DNA from: a virus
IMG/VR virus record: IMGVR_UViG_3300046727_000675
Coordinates: 23,305 to 87,304 of that record
Strand: one strand, 5' to 3'
Length of the DNA: 64,000 nucleotides
The notes under the pieces were generated by a model. The model worked only from the letters and a program-made list of their open reading frames with translations, ran no database searches and was not told where the DNA came from. Shown here one piece after another: positions 35,934 through 45,507 of this stretch. Positions within the stretch are counted from its first letter, which is position 1; every line of letters starts with the position of its first letter. The position numbers and the translations under genes are program-made.

Positions 35934-37764
35934 CGGGACAAGCTTCGGCCCCGCCGGGGACCGCGGACCGCGGCGCCAGGGGTCGGGGCTGAGGCCCGAC
36001 GCGCTGCCGGACCAGTTCCCGGAGGGCGCGTGGCCCGCGATCGACGTGGAGTCGGACGGGCTCGGCCGCGACGCGCTGCCGGTCGGCATCGTCGTCGCGA
36101 CGGCCGACGAGTCGCGCTACTTCCCGTTCGGGCACGCGGAGGGGCGGCAGCATGACCCGAAGGCCGTGCGCGTGTGGTGCGAGGAGCACCTGGCCGGCGA
36201 GGACCTGATCTTCCGCAACGCGAAGGGCGACCTCGACTGGCTGCGCCGGTGGGGGCTCGACCTCGAGGCGCTCGGCGCGCGGCCGCACGAGATCCAGCAC
36301 CCCGCCGCGCTGCTCGACGACCGCCGCCGCAAGTTCAAGCTCGAGGACCTGGCGCAGGACCGCCTGGGCCGCGGCAAGCTGGCGCCGCCGCCGGGCAAGA
36401 TCCACGAGTTGCCGGCCGACGTGGTCGCGCCGTACGCGCGCGAGGACGGGCGTCTGACCCGCGAGTGCTGGTTCAGCTACCTGCCGGACATCGAGCGCGA
36501 GGGGCTCGGCGAGGTGCTGGCGCTCGAGGACGGCTTGATCTGGTCGACCATGGCGATGGAGCGCGCCATGGCGCCGATCGACGCGCCGAAGCTCGAGCGG
36601 TGGATAGCCGAGGTGACGGCCGAGCACCAGAAGCGGCTGATGGACATCTGGCGCCTGACCAAGTTGCGCGTGAACCCGGACTCGGGCCGGGACATGCGCA
36701 AGTTCTTACAGAACTTCGGCGTCGCGCACACGGGCTTCACGACCGAGAAGGGGAACGAGGCCTTCACCGAGGAAGCGCTGCTGCGCCACTCGGGACGCTA
36801 TGAAGGAGACGGAAAAGATCGAAGATGGGTTATCACGAACCCGGCGGTCCACGCCGCGCTCGAGGCGCGGCAGCTCGCGTCGCTGCTCTCGAAGTACCTG
36901 CTGAAATACCGGGACGCGCTGCTGCCCGGCGGCCTCCTGCCGTACCAGCTGCACCAGCTGCGCGGCGACGAGAACGGCACGATCACCGGGCGCTACGCGT
37001 CGTCGAAGGTGAACATCCAGCAGGTCTACAAGCCGGATAAGCAGCCGGCCCTGACGCAGCGGTGGGTCATCCGCGAGCTGTTCCTCGCCGGCGAGGGCGC
37101 GGACCTGCTCGACGCCGACGCGAGCCAGATCGAGTACCGGCTGTTCGCGCACAACTCGTCGGTGCCGCCGCCGCACTCGACGCGCCTCATCGAGGCCTAC
37201 AACGACGACCCGGACACGGACTTCCACCAGCTCGTGACCGACGAGATCCTGCAGAACGTAATGGAGCGCGTGTACGCGAAGAACTGGAACTTCCGCAAGC
37301 TCTACGGCGGCGGCGTGGCCAAGTCGGCCGCGATGACGGGTCTTCCGCTCGAGCGGTGCAAGGAGATGGACGCGCAGTACGACCGCCGCTTCCCCGAGGC
37401 CACGCGCCTGCTGCGCTTCTGCGAGCGGCTCGCCGAGCGGCGCGGGTACGTGAAAACGATCTCCGGCCGGCGGTCGCGCTTCCAGGAGGGCGACCGGTTC
37501 TACAAGGCGCTGAACTCGGTGCTGCAGGGGTCAGCGGCGGACATCATGAAGAAGAAGATCCTGCGGCTGTACAACGAGCGCAAGACCCTCGAGATCGTCC
37601 TGCGCGCGACGGTGCACGACGAGGTGTGGGGCGATCGAAAAAATAAGAGCAAGAAGTCAGCGAGGCTGCTCGAAGAGTGCTTCGCCGTGCAGGAGTACAA
37701 GCTCAACGTGCCGATCACGTGGAGCATCGGCTACGGCAAGAACTGGGCGGAGGCGATGACGTGA
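35899..37764 (+). CDS. DNA polymerase family A with 3'-5' exonuclease
   Basis: Exo AIDVES / NAKGD / YAREDG; TITGRYASS..NIQQ; motif A DASQIEYR; motif B RVYAKNWNFRKLYG; motif C VHDE. Confidence 0.95.
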   Translation: MTQTQTSLSFTDGTSFGPAGDRGPRRQGSGLRPDALPDQFPEGAWPAIDVESDGLGRDALPVGIVVATADESRYFPFGHAEGRQHDPKAVRVWCEEHLAGEDLIFRNAKGDLDWLRRWGLDLEALGARPHEIQHPAALLDDRRRKFKLEDLAQDRLGRGKLAPPPGKIHELPADVVAPYAREDGRLTRECWFSYLPDIEREGLGEVLALEDGLIWSTMAMERAMAPIDAPKLERWIAEVTAEHQKRLMDIWRLTKLRVNPDSGRDMRKFLQNFGVAHTGFTTEKGNEAFTEEALLRHSGRYEGDGKDRRWVITNPAVHAALEARQLASLLSKYLLKYRDALLPGGLLPYQLHQLRGDENGTITGRYASSKVNIQQVYKPDKQPALTQRWVIRELFLAGEGADLLDADASQIEYRLFAHNSSVPPPHSTRLIEAYNDDPDTDFHQLVTDEILQNVMERVYAKNWNFRKLYGGGVAKSAAMTGLPLERCKEMDAQYDRRFPEATRLLRFCERLAERRGYVKTISGRRSRFQEGDRFYKALNSVLQGSAADIMKKKILRLYNERKTLEIVLRATVHDEVWGDRKNKSKKSARLLEECFAVQEYKLNVPITWSIGYGKNWAEAMT

Positions 37765-37916
37765 CACGGCTTAGGCTTAAGAAGATAAAATGTCTCTCTG
37801 CCCGCAAGAACCGGCGCGGCGGCGCGTGCGTTTGCCGGCGCGAAGTGTCCCATGACGGCGATTGCCGGTGCTCGCGCTGCAAAAAAACATGGAATAGAAA
37901 GAGAGGAACAAACTGA
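37761..37916 (+). CDS. Small basic Cys-rich protein
   Basis: GTG overlaps the polymerase stop; CVCRREVSHDGDCRCSRC. Confidence 0.5.
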   Translation: MTRLRLKKIKCLSARKNRRGGACVCRREVSHDGDCRCSRCKKTWNRKRGTN

Positions 37917-37917
37917 C

Positions 37918-39189
37918 ATGGCGACAGAACCCCTGATCAACTGCCCGAAGTGCGGCGCCGAGATCGCGGTGACCGAGGCCCTCGCGGGCCCGATCGTCAA
38001 GCGGCTCGAGGCCGAGACGAAGAAGAAGCTCGACCTGCAGGCCGACGCGCTGAAGAAGCGCGAGCAGGCGCTCGCGGCGGGCGAGGCGGCCGTCGAGCAG
38101 ACGGTGCGGCAGCGGCTCGCGGCCGAGTCCCAGCGCGTCGAGGCCGGGCTGCGCGCGGAGATCAGCGGCGAGCTCGGCGCGTCGTACGAGAAGTCGAAGA
38201 AGCTCGCCGAGGACGCGCTCGCCGCGGAGCGCCGGCGGGCCGAGGGCCGCGAGGCCGAGCTGCGCGGGCTGACGGCGAAGCTCGCCGAGGCCCAGGAGGC
38301 GCAGGCCGGGGCGGAGCGGGCCCGGCGCGACTTCGAGGAGAAGACGCGCGAGCTGAACCTCACCGTGGAGCGCCGCGTCACCGAGGAAGCCGACCGGCTG
38401 CGGTCGCGGCTCACGGAGGAGATCACCGGCGCCGAGCGGACGAAGCTCGCCGAGAAGCAGCACACGATCGACCAGATGGCGTCGCAGATCGAAGACCTGA
38501 AGAAGCGCGCCGAGCAGGGCAGCCAGCAGCTGCAGGGCGAGGCCCAGGAGCTCGTGCTCGAGTCGGACCTTCGCCTGGCGTTCCCGACCGACGAGGTCGA
38601 GCCGGTCGGCAAGGGCGTCCACGGCGCCGACTGCGTGCAGCGCGTGGTCACGGTCGCTGGCGCCGCGGGCAGGATCCTGTGGGAGTCGAAGCGCACGAAG
38701 AACTGGGGGCCGGATTGGCTCGCGAAGCTGCGCGACGACTGGCGGAGCTCGGGCGCCGACGTGGCGGTGATCGTGTCGCAGGCGCTGCCGGAGGGGGTCG
38801 CGACGTTTGCGCTGGTCGAGGGCGTCTGGGTGTGCGCCCCGGCCTACGCGGTGCCTCTGGCCGCCGCGCTGCGCCAGGCCATCACGGGGATCGCGAAGGC
38901 GCGCGCGGCGCAGGCCGGTCAGCGCACGAAGGCGGAGCTCGTCTACGCGTACCTGACCGGCGACGGCTTCCGCCACCGGATCGAGGCGATCGTCGAGCGG
39001 TTCGGCGGGCTGCGCGAGGACCTGGAGAAGGAGGAGAAATTCATGACCAAGCAGTTCGCGAAGCGGCGCGAGACGCTGGCGCAGGCCGTGACGAGCCTCG
39101 GCGGCCTCTACGGCGACTTGGAGGGCATCGCCGGCGCGGCGGTCGCCGAGCTCCCGGCGCTGTCGCTCGGGACGGGGGAGGAATCATAA
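37918..39189 (+). CDS. DUF2130-family coiled-coil/nuclease-fold protein
   Basis: N-terminal CPKCG, long coiled coil, GSQQLQGE..E, FPTD..VGKG..GAD and ESKRTK.W...W..KL. Confidence 0.8.
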   Translation: MATEPLINCPKCGAEIAVTEALAGPIVKRLEAETKKKLDLQADALKKREQALAAGEAAVEQTVRQRLAAESQRVEAGLRAEISGELGASYEKSKKLAEDALAAERRRAEGREAELRGLTAKLAEAQEAQAGAERARRDFEEKTRELNLTVERRVTEEADRLRSRLTEEITGAERTKLAEKQHTIDQMASQIEDLKKRAEQGSQQLQGEAQELVLESDLRLAFPTDEVEPVGKGVHGADCVQRVVTVAGAAGRILWESKRTKNWGPDWLAKLRDDWRSSGADVAVIVSQALPEGVATFALVEGVWVCAPAYAVPLAAALRQAITGIAKARAAQAGQRTKAELVYAYLTGDGFRHRIEAIVERFGGLREDLEKEEKFMTKQFAKRRETLAQAVTSLGGLYGDLEGIAGAAVAELPALSLGTGEES

Positions 39190-39190
39190 T

Positions 39191-39421
39191 ATGGAGAAAA
39201 AGTGGAGATTCAAACGGTGGTATCCCAAGACAATCGGTGGGAAGATTATTCTGACGGGCAGGGTAACCGCCACGCCGTGCTTGGGGCGAACCGTTCTGTG
39301 GATGACCGCCGGAGGTCTGAATACCCATTTCAAATTTGAGCTTCCTGTGTCTTCGCGTCACTTTCGGCATGGCGACACGGTGACCATCGTGGTGTCGCGC
39401 GATCGCAGGAGAAAAAGATGA
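39191..39421 (+). CDS. Hypothetical protein
   Basis: Coupled ORF with RBS GAGGA. Confidence 0.5.
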   Translation: MEKKWRFKRWYPKTIGGKIILTGRVTATPCLGRTVLWMTAGGLNTHFKFELPVSSRHFRHGDTVTIVVSRDRRRKR

Positions 39422-39705
39422 CCAGCAACGAGCGCGAGCGGATCGCCCTGGACCTCGCCCAGGAGGAGTGCGCCGAGCTGGCCGTGGTCATCTCGAAGGT
39501 GAAGCGCTTCGGGATCCTGTCCGACAACGACGGCAGGATGCCGGCGAACAACCGCGCGCTGCTCATCCAGGAGATGGCCGACGTCGAGTACTTCATCAAC
39601 TTCATGCGCCGCGAGTACAAGGTCGACGAGGACGAGTTCAGGGACGCGTACCACAGGAAGTGCCAGAAGGTGAACAAATATCTGTACCCGGAGGAGAAGA
39701 CATGA
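39418..39705 (+). CDS. MazG-like nucleotide pyrophosphohydrolase
   Basis: EECAEL...ISK...EMADV (ExxE/ExxD) pattern. Confidence 0.75.
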   Translation: MTSNERERIALDLAQEECAELAVVISKVKRFGILSDNDGRMPANNRALLIQEMADVEYFINFMRREYKVDEDEFRDAYHRKCQKVNKYLYPEEKT

Positions 39706-40076
39706 TGCTACAGACCGAAGTTTCAATTCCCCAGGAGCTGCTGAAGCGGTTCGACGCGCTGACCGCGAAGATCGGCGAGGCCGGCGGCACGGCCTGGGGC
39801 TGGTACGTGCGGCAGTCCGTGATTGACGGAGCAGAGGCGCTGGCCGTGGCGGGCGTTCTTCTCGCCGCCGCCGTCTTTTGTCTGTGGTTCGGGACAAAAC
39901 TTCGCCGGACCGCGGACAAGGTGACGATCGACAGCGGCAGGTCCTTGCACGAGGTGTGGTGGCTCGGAAGCGCGATCGCGGGCGCGGCCGCAGTGTTCTT
40001 CACCGCTAACGGCCTCGACCTGCTGCTGAACCCGTCCTACTGGGCGCTGCAGCGTCTTCTTGGAACGAGGTGGTGA
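39702..40076 (+). CDS. Two-TM membrane protein
   Basis: Two hydrophobic segments and terminal LLNPSYWAL. Confidence 0.6.
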   Translation: MMLQTEVSIPQELLKRFDALTAKIGEAGGTAWGWYVRQSVIDGAEALAVAGVLLAAAVFCLWFGTKLRRTADKVTIDSGRSLHEVWWLGSAIAGAAAVFFTANGLDLLLNPSYWALQRLLGTRW

Positions 40077-40476
40077 CCGATGGCCCTTCGTAATGAATCC
40101 GGCGAAGACAACGACTCGCGCGTCGCCGAGGCGCGCGACATCATGAGGATCGTCGAGGACGAGACCGAGAAGCTGTCGGGGCGCGAGACGCAGTTCGTCG
40201 AGTCGATCGCCGACCAGCTGACATTCGCGGTTCCGAGCATCAGCGCAAAACAAATCTTCTGGCTGCGCGACATCAAGGACAAGGTGGTGGGATCGTGAAG
40301 ATCAAGCGGCATCCGGTCCAGCCGGAAGACGTGAAGCTCGCCTATGACCTGACCATGTCGCTTGGCTCGCCGTCCGACGGCGCGTTCCACTGCCTGATGG
40401 CGTCGCACCTGAACCTGATCCTGGGGCGTCGCACCCTGCTCTCGCGGGTGAAACGATTTTTCACGAGGAGACAACC

Positions 40477-41172
40477 ATGAAGGTCGGCACAAAGTCCGTC
40501 CTGTACGGCGCGCACTGCTTCCTGCTCCACCCGTGGTTCGTCGCCGCGGGCTGGCGCCGGCTCTACGGCTTCCCGTGGGATCCGCGCCTGTGGGTGGCGT
40601 TCTTCGTCCATGACCTCGGCTACTGGGGCAAGCCAAACATGGACGGGCCGGAGGGCGAGCTTCACCCGTTCCTGGGCGCGAAGATCATGGGACGTCTGTT
40701 CGACTACCGCAGCGCGGACGGAGACTTCGCCTGGAACGCGAGCTGGTTCGCGAGGAGCTTCGGCCGTGCGATCGCGAAGGTCTTCGGCGTCTCCCCGCCG
40801 GGCGGCACGAGCCCGGACCTGAACCTCACCTGGTACTGCTTCACGTTCTACCACTCGCGCTTCCTCGCGAAGCGATACGGAACCGAGCCCACGCGGCTCT
40901 GCGCCGCCGACAAGCTGTCGATCGCGCTGACCCCGGGCTGGCTCTACCTGCCCATGGCGCGGTGGACCGGCGAGATCCACGAGTACCGCAGGGACGCGAA
41001 GGCCGGCAAGTACGCGCACATGAGGACCTACCGCGACGACGAGCGCGCGTGGCACGCGGCGATGCAGGCGTACCTGTGCTCGTGGGTCGCGGAGTTCGTG
41101 AAGAACGGCGGGCGTGACAGGCTGACGCAGGCCGGGCGAAAGACGACGGACAAGAACGGGGTGTGGAAGTGA
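40477..41172 (+). CDS. Conserved-looking phage protein, possibly HD-like
   Basis: RBS GAGGAG; H...HDLGYWG...H...HSR...ADK pattern. Confidence 0.55.
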   Translation: MKVGTKSVLYGAHCFLLHPWFVAAGWRRLYGFPWDPRLWVAFFVHDLGYWGKPNMDGPEGELHPFLGAKIMGRLFDYRSADGDFAWNASWFARSFGRAIAKVFGVSPPGGTSPDLNLTWYCFTFYHSRFLAKRYGTEPTRLCAADKLSIALTPGWLYLPMARWTGEIHEYRRDAKAGKYAHMRTYRDDERAWHAAMQAYLCSWVAEFVKNGGRDRLTQAGRKTTDKNGVWK

Positions 41173-41690
41173 GCGAGTACAAGTTCACGCACGAGCTGAT
41201 GAAGGACCTCAGGCGTCGGCTGCCGTCGGCCTGGGTGGTCAAGCACAACGACCTTCGCACCGGCGGGATACCCGACTTTTCCGTGAGCTACGGGAAGGTC
41301 ACGCTGTGGATCGAGGCGAAGTGGGTGCCCGACGCGGAGCGCCCGCCGGAGAAGACCTTCACCGCGCTGCAGTGGCAGACGCTGTTCCGGCTGCGCGGCG
41401 CGGGCTTCTACGCGTTGGGCTCGCCGCGCGGTCACGTTCTCTACCCCGTGACTGATTCGTGGAAGAACAAGCGTTTGTCGTCGGCGATCGTGGCGCACGA
41501 CAAGACCGTGCGCGCGCTCGGAGCTCGGATCGTTTATCTTCTGAGCGTCAGGACCGATCATGAGCTGCAATTATGCTCGACCGGCGGCTGCGCCATCGAG
41601 GCAAACCGGACCTGGACGGGGGTCCACGGGGAAATTCACACCTGCCGTTTTCACCGCGTTCCGGCAGAGATCAAGCGGAGGAAAAAATAG
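41169..41690 (+). CDS. VRR-NUC / PD-(D/E)xK nuclease
   Basis: E...GIPD...WIEAK...LQ pattern. Confidence 0.75.
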   Translation: MSEYKFTHELMKDLRRRLPSAWVVKHNDLRTGGIPDFSVSYGKVTLWIEAKWVPDAERPPEKTFTALQWQTLFRLRGAGFYALGSPRGHVLYPVTDSWKNKRLSSAIVAHDKTVRALGARIVYLLSVRTDHELQLCSTGGCAIEANRTWTGVHGEIHTCRFHRVPAEIKRRKK

Positions 41691-42143
41691 ATGAAGACCG
41701 ATGAGAACAACGTGGTCCGCCTCGAGAAGCGCGATCGCGCCAAGGACTGGGCCGCGCTCGTCGCGGATCACTACCGCGCGCGGGGCGAGTTCATCCCGTA
41801 CGGGCCGGTGCTGCCGATCAGGCCGGAGGTCGCGTTCATGCGGCTGCGCCTCATGATCACGGAGCTCGGCGAGGTGGCCGACGCGCTCGCCGAGGCGAAC
41901 CGCGAGAAGCTGGCCGACGGGCTGTGCGACCTGCTGTACGTCGTCGTCGGCACGGCCGTGGTCACTGGCTTCGGGCCGCTGCTCGACGAGCTGTTCCGCG
42001 AGGTGCACCGGTCGAACATGACCAAGGACTTCTCGGTCTCCGTCGCCCCCGGCGAGAAGTACGCGCCGGGGGTCGGCAAGGGCGCCGGCTACGAGCCGCC
42101 GCGCCTCGCGGAGATCATAAAAAGGCAAGGAAACAAAGGCTAA
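41691..42143 (+). CDS. MazG/PRA-PH-like NTP pyrophosphohydrolase
   Basis: ELGEV...DGLCDLLYV..G...EVHRSNMTK...GYEPP. Confidence 0.85.
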   Translation: MKTDENNVVRLEKRDRAKDWAALVADHYRARGEFIPYGPVLPIRPEVAFMRLRLMITELGEVADALAEANREKLADGLCDLLYVVVGTAVVTGFGPLLDELFREVHRSNMTKDFSVSVAPGEKYAPGVGKGAGYEPPRLAEIIKRQGNKG

Positions 42144-42151
42144 AATAGTCG

Positions 42152-42180
42152 TTTACAAGGTTCGCCGGAAAATGTATACT
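42152..42180 (+). promoter_or_regulatory. Promoter P3 TTTACA-N17-TATACT
   Basis: Same hexamers as P2; followed by RBS GGAGG and ATG 42198. Confidence 0.85.
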
Positions 42181-42197
42181 AGTATCCGGAGGACGCC

Positions 42198-42359
42198 ATG
42201 AGATACTTGGTGCAGTACGAGGTCGAGGCCAAGGACGCCGAGGGCGCCTTTGTGGAATCGCAGATGCACACCGAAGTCGCGCTGAAAGTCGTGGAACTCG
42301 AGGGGCAGAAGCGGTCTTTCCAGATGGACGGAGAAGGAAATTTTGTAGAAGTGAAATAG
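42198..42359 (+). CDS. Small acidic protein (53 aa, not in ORF track)
   Basis: MRYLVQYEVEAKDAEGAF...; GGAGG RBS directly after P3. Confidence 0.65.
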   Translation: MRYLVQYEVEAKDAEGAFVESQMHTEVALKVVELEGQKRSFQMDGEGNFVEVK

Positions 42360-42411
42360 CCGGAGGGACCCCGGGACACGGGTCGTCCAAGCTCCGGCGG
42401 GAGGAAATAAC

Positions 42412-42579
42412 ATGACAGTTCGCAAGCTGATCGAGCTTCTTCAGAAGTGCCGCAACCACGAGGCCGAGGTCTGCATCGTGGACAAGCAGGGTTTGACGAT
42501 CGCGGAAGAGATCAGGGTCCAGGACAACAGCGTCGTGGACGGCGAGGTTCAGATCATCATGGAACAGGTGAGCCTATGA
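42412..42579 (+). CDS. Small protein (55 aa, not in ORF track)
   Basis: MTVRKLIELLQK...; RBS GGGAGG. Confidence 0.65.
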   Translation: MTVRKLIELLQKCRNHEAEVCIVDKQGLTIAEEIRVQDNSVVDGEVQIIMEQVSL

Positions 42580-43058
42580 CCGCGCGCAAGTTCAAGCCGC
42601 TCGCCCAGCTGACGGTCGAAGAAGAAAAAGTATGGCAGCAGGCGTTCGGATACCACCTCGACTCCGGCAAGCAGGGCCAGGACCGCGCCGGCGCTCGCGC
42701 CTGGCGCGACGTGCAGAAAGAATTTCCGCGGCTGAAGGACTACCGCGGCGCGCTGCCGACCGAGGCCGCCGATCTCAAGCACGTGCCTGTAATTTCAGAT
42801 GCGGCCACCCGTCGTCGCGTCACGCGCTACCTCGGCACCTGCGCGAACGGCCGGCGCACGCGGGTCGAGCTGACCTTCGACATACTGACCCCCTTAAAAA
42901 CCCCCGACCCGGCCGTCGACGAGGTGCTGCTCCTCGACCTGGTCGACCACGTGTCGTTTCACCTGATGGACGCGCACGACGTGCCCGGGTTCGAGCTGTC
43001 CAGCTTTCGCGCCGGCAGCGATCGCGGCCGCGGCTTCGAGATGAGGAGCGTGGTATGA
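42576..43058 (+). CDS. Hypothetical protein
   Basis: ATGA-coupled at both ends. Confidence 0.6.
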   Translation: MTARKFKPLAQLTVEEEKVWQQAFGYHLDSGKQGQDRAGARAWRDVQKEFPRLKDYRGALPTEAADLKHVPVISDAATRRRVTRYLGTCANGRRTRVELTFDILTPLKTPDPAVDEVLLLDLVDHVSFHLMDAHDVPGFELSSFRAGSDRGRGFEMRSVV

Positions 43059-43603
43059 CCGAGGAGCTCAAGATCAAGACTTTCCAGACCATCTATGCCG
43101 ACCCGCCGTGGTTCGAGTCCGGCGGCGGCCAGATCGTGCGCGGCGCGCAACGTCACTACCCGCTGATGAAGACCGACGCGATCTGCCGGCTCGAGATCCG
43201 CGAGGGCATCTCCGTGAAGTGGCTCGCCGCGGAGAACGCGCACCTCTACATGTGGGTGACCAACAACTTCCTGCGCGACGGGCTGAAGGTGATGGAGGCC
43301 TGGAACTTCGAGTACAAGACGATGATCACCTGGGCCAAGGACCGCATCGGCCTCGGCCAGTACTTCCGCGGGCAGACCGAGCACGTGCTGTTCGGCGTGC
43401 GCGGGAACCTGCCGTACCGCACGCGGGAGTCCGACGGCAAGCGCGCGCAGGGCACGACCCTCATCACGGCCCCCCGCGGCGAGCACAGCGTGAAGCCGGA
43501 GGAGATGCGCCAGATGATCGAGCTCGTCTCGCCCGGGCCGTACGTCGAGCTGTTCGCGCGGCGGCCGGCGCCGGGCTGGTCAGTCTGGGGGAACGAGGTA
43601 TGA
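43055..43603 (+). CDS. MT-A70 family amino-methyltransferase (likely DNA m6A)
   Basis: YADPPW, HYPLM, LYMWVTN, GLGQYFRGQTE, HSVKP, ELFAR and WGNE. Confidence 0.92.
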   Translation: MTEELKIKTFQTIYADPPWFESGGGQIVRGAQRHYPLMKTDAICRLEIREGISVKWLAAENAHLYMWVTNNFLRDGLKVMEAWNFEYKTMITWAKDRIGLGQYFRGQTEHVLFGVRGNLPYRTRESDGKRAQGTTLITAPRGEHSVKPEEMRQMIELVSPGPYVELFARRPAPGWSVWGNEV

Positions 43604-43899
43604 GCTCAAAAATTATCGTCACGAAGGACCGGATCATCGAGGTCCCCGGGTTCTGGGAGCGCGAAGGCTGGAAGCCCGCGTTCCGCATGACGGTCACAAT
43701 GGTGCCGGTCATGCTCGCCGCCTGTGTGATGGTCTGCGCGATCGTGCTGCCGGAGATCATCGCGAAGGCGGTTCACCCGCTGGTGTTTCAAATTTTTCTC
43801 GGGATCGGGGTGCTGTTTTTAACCGCGTTCTGGATGTACTGGGTGTTTCAACCGCTCGAGCAGCGGCAAAAAGAACTTCGAAGAATGGATAAACGGTGA
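43600..43899 (+). CDS. Two-TM membrane protein
   Basis: Coupled ORF with two hydrophobic helices. Confidence 0.6.
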   Translation: MSSKIIVTKDRIIEVPGFWEREGWKPAFRMTVTMVPVMLAACVMVCAIVLPEIIAKAVHPLVFQIFLGIGVLFLTAFWMYWVFQPLEQRQKELRRMDKR

Positions 43900-45506
43900 T
43901 CGAGCTAGATCCCAAGAAGTTCAAGACCGCGCCCTTCGCGCACCAGCTCGAGGGCGTCAAGGCGCTGCTGAAGAGGCCGGCCTTCGCGCTGTTCGACGAG
44001 ATGGGCGCGGGCAAGTCGAAGCAGGTGGTCGACGCCGCGTGCGTGCTCTTCGAGTCCGGCGCGATCGACACGGTCGTGGTCGTGGCGCCGGCGAGCTGCC
44101 GCGGCGTCTGGCTCGACCCCGACCTCGGCGAGATCCGGAAGCACGCGTGGGCGCCGGTCCGCGTCGTCGAGTACCACGCGCCGCGCAAGGGCTCGCACTG
44201 GCGCGAAGTGTGGCGCCACGACTACCGCGACGACCTCGAGCGGTTCGGCGGCTCGCGCTGGCCGCGGGGCACGCTCAGCTGGGTCGTCACCAACTACGAG
44301 TTCACGCGCAAGATGGCGAAGGACAGGCGCGGCAGGAACCAGTACCCGCACGTCGACCGCATGGTCGCCGAGATCAAGGAGCACGGGCAGAAGGTCCTGC
44401 TCGTTCTCGACGAAAGTTCGTTCGTGAAGAGCCGGACGGCGCACCAGTCGAAGGCGATCGCGCGGCTGCGCGCGGCCTGCGCGCGGTGCGTGCTGCTGAA
44501 CGGCACGCCCGTGACCAACTCCCCGCTCGACCTGTGGAGCCAGCTGCGCATCATGGACCCGGCGGCGCTCGCCGGCTTCCAGAACTTCTGGCACTTCCGC
44601 TCGCGCTACGCGATCATGGGCGGGTGGAACAACAAGCAGGTGCTGCGCTTCCACGACCTCGACGACCTCTCGCGCCGCGTCGCGCCCTGGGTGCTGCGCC
44701 GCGAGAAGAAGGACTGCCTCGACCTGCCCGAGAAGCTGTTCACCACGGCCGAGGTCAGGCTCGACCCCGCGACCTGGAAGAAGTACAAAGAATTGAAGGA
44801 GGAGGCCGTCCTCGCGCTCGAGGAGTACGGCGAGGACGCGCAGATGGAGGCCAACGCCGCCGTCCGGCTGCTGCGCCTGTCGCAGCTCACGTCGGGGATC
44901 CTCGGCGGCGTGCGGCCGCCGACGGGCGCCGCCGACGCGGAAACGGTGTTCGCCGAGGCCGCGGAGGAGCCGGCCGCAATGACGATCGACGTCTCGCGCG
45001 AGAAGCTCGACTGGGCCCTCGAGTACCTCTCCGAGTGGACCACGGCGCGCGCCGTCATCGTGTGGTGCCGGTTCCGCCGCGAGCGGGAGCGCCTGGCCGA
45101 GGAGCTGCGCCGCGACCACGCGACGAAGATCGCGACCTTCGAGCTCTACGGCGGCCAGCCGAAGGCCGAGCGGGAGGACGCCGTGCGCAGGTTCACGACG
45201 GTTTCGTCGAACGCGAAGCGGTACATGCTCCTGGCGCAGCCGCACGCCGGCGGGTTCGGCCTGAACCTCGTGGCCGCGACCGAGGCCGTGTACGTCAGCC
45301 AGGACTACTCGTCGATGATCCGCAAGCAGTCGGAGGACCGGTGCCACCGGCCGGGGCAGAGGTTCAACGTGACGTACAAGGACGTGATCGCCACCGGCCC
45401 ACAGGGGCAAAAGACCGTGGACCACGCGATTGTCCGCGCGCTGCGCAAGTACGAGGATGTGGCGCGGTGGACATGCTCGGAGTGGAGAAAAGCATTGGAG
45501 GAGTGA
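43896..45506 (+). CDS. SNF2-family (SF2) helicase
   Basis: DEMGAGKS, LDES, LNGTP, GGFGLNL and QSEDRCHRPGQ. Confidence 0.95.
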   Translation: MIELDPKKFKTAPFAHQLEGVKALLKRPAFALFDEMGAGKSKQVVDAACVLFESGAIDTVVVVAPASCRGVWLDPDLGEIRKHAWAPVRVVEYHAPRKGSHWREVWRHDYRDDLERFGGSRWPRGTLSWVVTNYEFTRKMAKDRRGRNQYPHVDRMVAEIKEHGQKVLLVLDESSFVKSRTAHQSKAIARLRAACARCVLLNGTPVTNSPLDLWSQLRIMDPAALAGFQNFWHFRSRYAIMGGWNNKQVLRFHDLDDLSRRVAPWVLRREKKDCLDLPEKLFTTAEVRLDPATWKKYKELKEEAVLALEEYGEDAQMEANAAVRLLRLSQLTSGILGGVRPPTGAADAETVFAEAAEEPAAMTIDVSREKLDWALEYLSEWTTARAVIVWCRFRRERERLAEELRRDHATKIATFELYGGQPKAEREDAVRRFTTVSSNAKRYMLLAQPHAGGFGLNLVAATEAVYVSQDYSSMIRKQSEDRCHRPGQRFNVTYKDVIATGPQGQKTVDHAIVRALRKYEDVARWTCSEWRKALEE

Positions 45507-45507
45507 T

